The notes beneath the pieces were generated by a model, which saw only the letters and a program-made list of their open reading frames with translations, was not told the origin of the DNA and ran no database searches. The translations under genes were made by a program, and so were the position numbers. Below, piece after piece: positions 31,803 to 32,906 of a DNA stretch of 32,906 nucleotides. The stretch is from a virus (taxonomy: Duplodnaviria; Caudoviricetes). The stretch is taken from positions 1 through 32,906 of the IMG/VR virus record IMGVR_UViG_3300047669_002090, one strand, 5' to 3'. Numbering within the stretch: the stretch's first letter is position 1; each line of letters opens with the position of its first letter.

Positions 31803-32906
31803 ATGACAATTACATTAAAAAGAACTGAAGAACAATTAGAACTCCTCAAGGCGATGGGTTCCAAGAATCGGGATGTTGCTTATGAAGCCCAAGCTGCGCT
31901 TGGCTCCTTTATGGGTCCTATCCTGGCGGAAGTCATCAATAATGCTCCTGCGCTTAGTAATTTATTTACTACGCTGAGTTTTAATCCTGACGATAACCCA
32001 AGTATCCCTCTCGATCTGTATTACGATATTACAGCTGAGGATTATATTACGGTTTACTCGCAGTCGATGCCTGGAGGCCTTCCAACCAATCATGTTGCAC
32101 CAACAGCCAGTGAAATGAAATTCACTACCTATAACCTAGATAGTGCTGTTAGTTTCGATAAGAAGTATGCCGCTAAGAGTCGCTTAGACGTAGTCGGTAA
32201 GACTTTTACTAGAGTCGCCCAAGAAATTCTCCTCAAGCAGGAGAGAACTTCGGCCAACTTAATTCTGGGTACCCTTGCTGACACTCAATCGTCAGGAATC
32301 GACCAGACCCTAACCTCTAAATCAGCTGGTAGATTTCTGCTTGCTGACTTAAATGCTCTAATTACTCAATCCAAGAGAGTGAATGAGTCGTGGTCCCGTG
32401 GTACTCCTCTCACAAAGAGGAGTGGCGTAACGGACCTACTGGTTAGCCCTGAGGTTATTGAGGATATTCGCGGAATGGCGTATAATCCAATCAATACGAA
32501 GACAGCCTCAGGATCGACCCCTGTCAGTCAAGGCGCTGCGTGGGTAACGGCTCCTGATGACATTCGTCGGGGACTGTTTAACGATTCGGGCGCAATGAGC
32601 TCCTTCTTTGGAGTTAACCTGATGGAAATCTATCAATTAGGACCTTTAACTAATCCTGGTAATTCATTTACCAAGATTTTTAATGGACTAGGTACTTTTG
32701 CCGCAGGCAGAAATGATCTGGTTCTGGGTCTTGACTTAAGCAGGGATTCCTTGTTTAGGGCGGTAGTCCTCGATTCGGACAGTGGTTCAGAGTTTACTCT
32801 GGCTGCCGACGATCAGTACAGCGTACGACAACAGAAAATTGGTTACTACGGCGCAGTTGAAGAAGGAAGAATGGTTCTCGATAAGAGGGCAATCTTTGGC
32901 GTTATG
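31803..32906 (+). CDS. major capsid protein (no stop within window, absent from ORF track)
   Basis: Frame MTITLKRTEEQLELLKAMGSKNRDVAYEAQ...SRLDVVGK...QEILLKQE...LLVSPE...KIGYYGAVEEGRMVLD, 368 codons to the window end. Size and synteny fit an HK97-fold MCP. Confidence 0.85.
   Translation, partial: MTITLKRTEEQLELLKAMGSKNRDVAYEAQAALGSFMGPILAEVINNAPALSNLFTTLSFNPDDNPSIPLDLYYDITAEDYITVYSQSMPGGLPTNHVAPTASEMKFTTYNLDSAVSFDKKYAAKSRLDVVGKTFTRVAQEILLKQERTSANLILGTLADTQSSGIDQTLTSKSAGRFLLADLNALITQSKRVNESWSRGTPLTKRSGVTDLLVSPEVIEDIRGMAYNPINTKTASGSTPVSQGAAWVTAPDDIRRGLFNDSGAMSSFFGVNLMEIYQLGPLTNPGNSFTKIFNGLGTFAAGRNDLVLGLDLSRDSLFRAVVLDSDSGSEFTLAADDQYSVRQQKIGYYGAVEEGRMVLDKRAIFGVM

Overview
The window is a segment of a large tailed dsDNA phage genome (Caudoviricetes) with two halves. 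(1) ~1-18.8 kb is an all-plus-strand early or host-takeover region. It holds ~60 mostly tiny ORFs (SprT-like protease, DUF932, Ogg-type HhH glycosylase, GP88-like protein, lipoproteins, micro membrane peptides), tRNA-Cys(GCA), tRNA-Leu(TAA) and several unexplained structured RNAs, including a tRNA-shaped RNA whose anticodon loop is replaced by a ~41-nt insert. About 26 sigma70-type promoters with an atypical 16-bp spacer drive it, many of them leaderless. It is punctuated about every 1.2 kb by 13 copies of a 33-bp dyad, TTGGCAYG-N6-GCWGC-N6-CRTGCCAA. Each half of the dyad has the GG-N10-GC geometry of a sigma54 (RpoN) -24/-12 site, so each copy is two overlapping, converging sigma54-like sites. 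This array is the most unusual signal in the window. (2) ~19-32.9 kb has four small minus-strand genes, including a solitary Xre/MbcA/ParS-like antitoxin domain. Then come PhoH, a TM+GAF protein, a Zn-ribbon protein, a phage sigma factor with a Cys-rich insert, an ERCC4 nuclease, terminase large subunit, a Maf/DUF115-like protein, portal, prohead protease-scaffold, head decoration protein and the major capsid protein (runs off the window). A GTGTA motif precedes several of these genes. Family assignments come from motif recognition by eye, not database searches. A Trp-rich secreted protein hints at a Verrucomicrobiota (Opitutales) host (inference).
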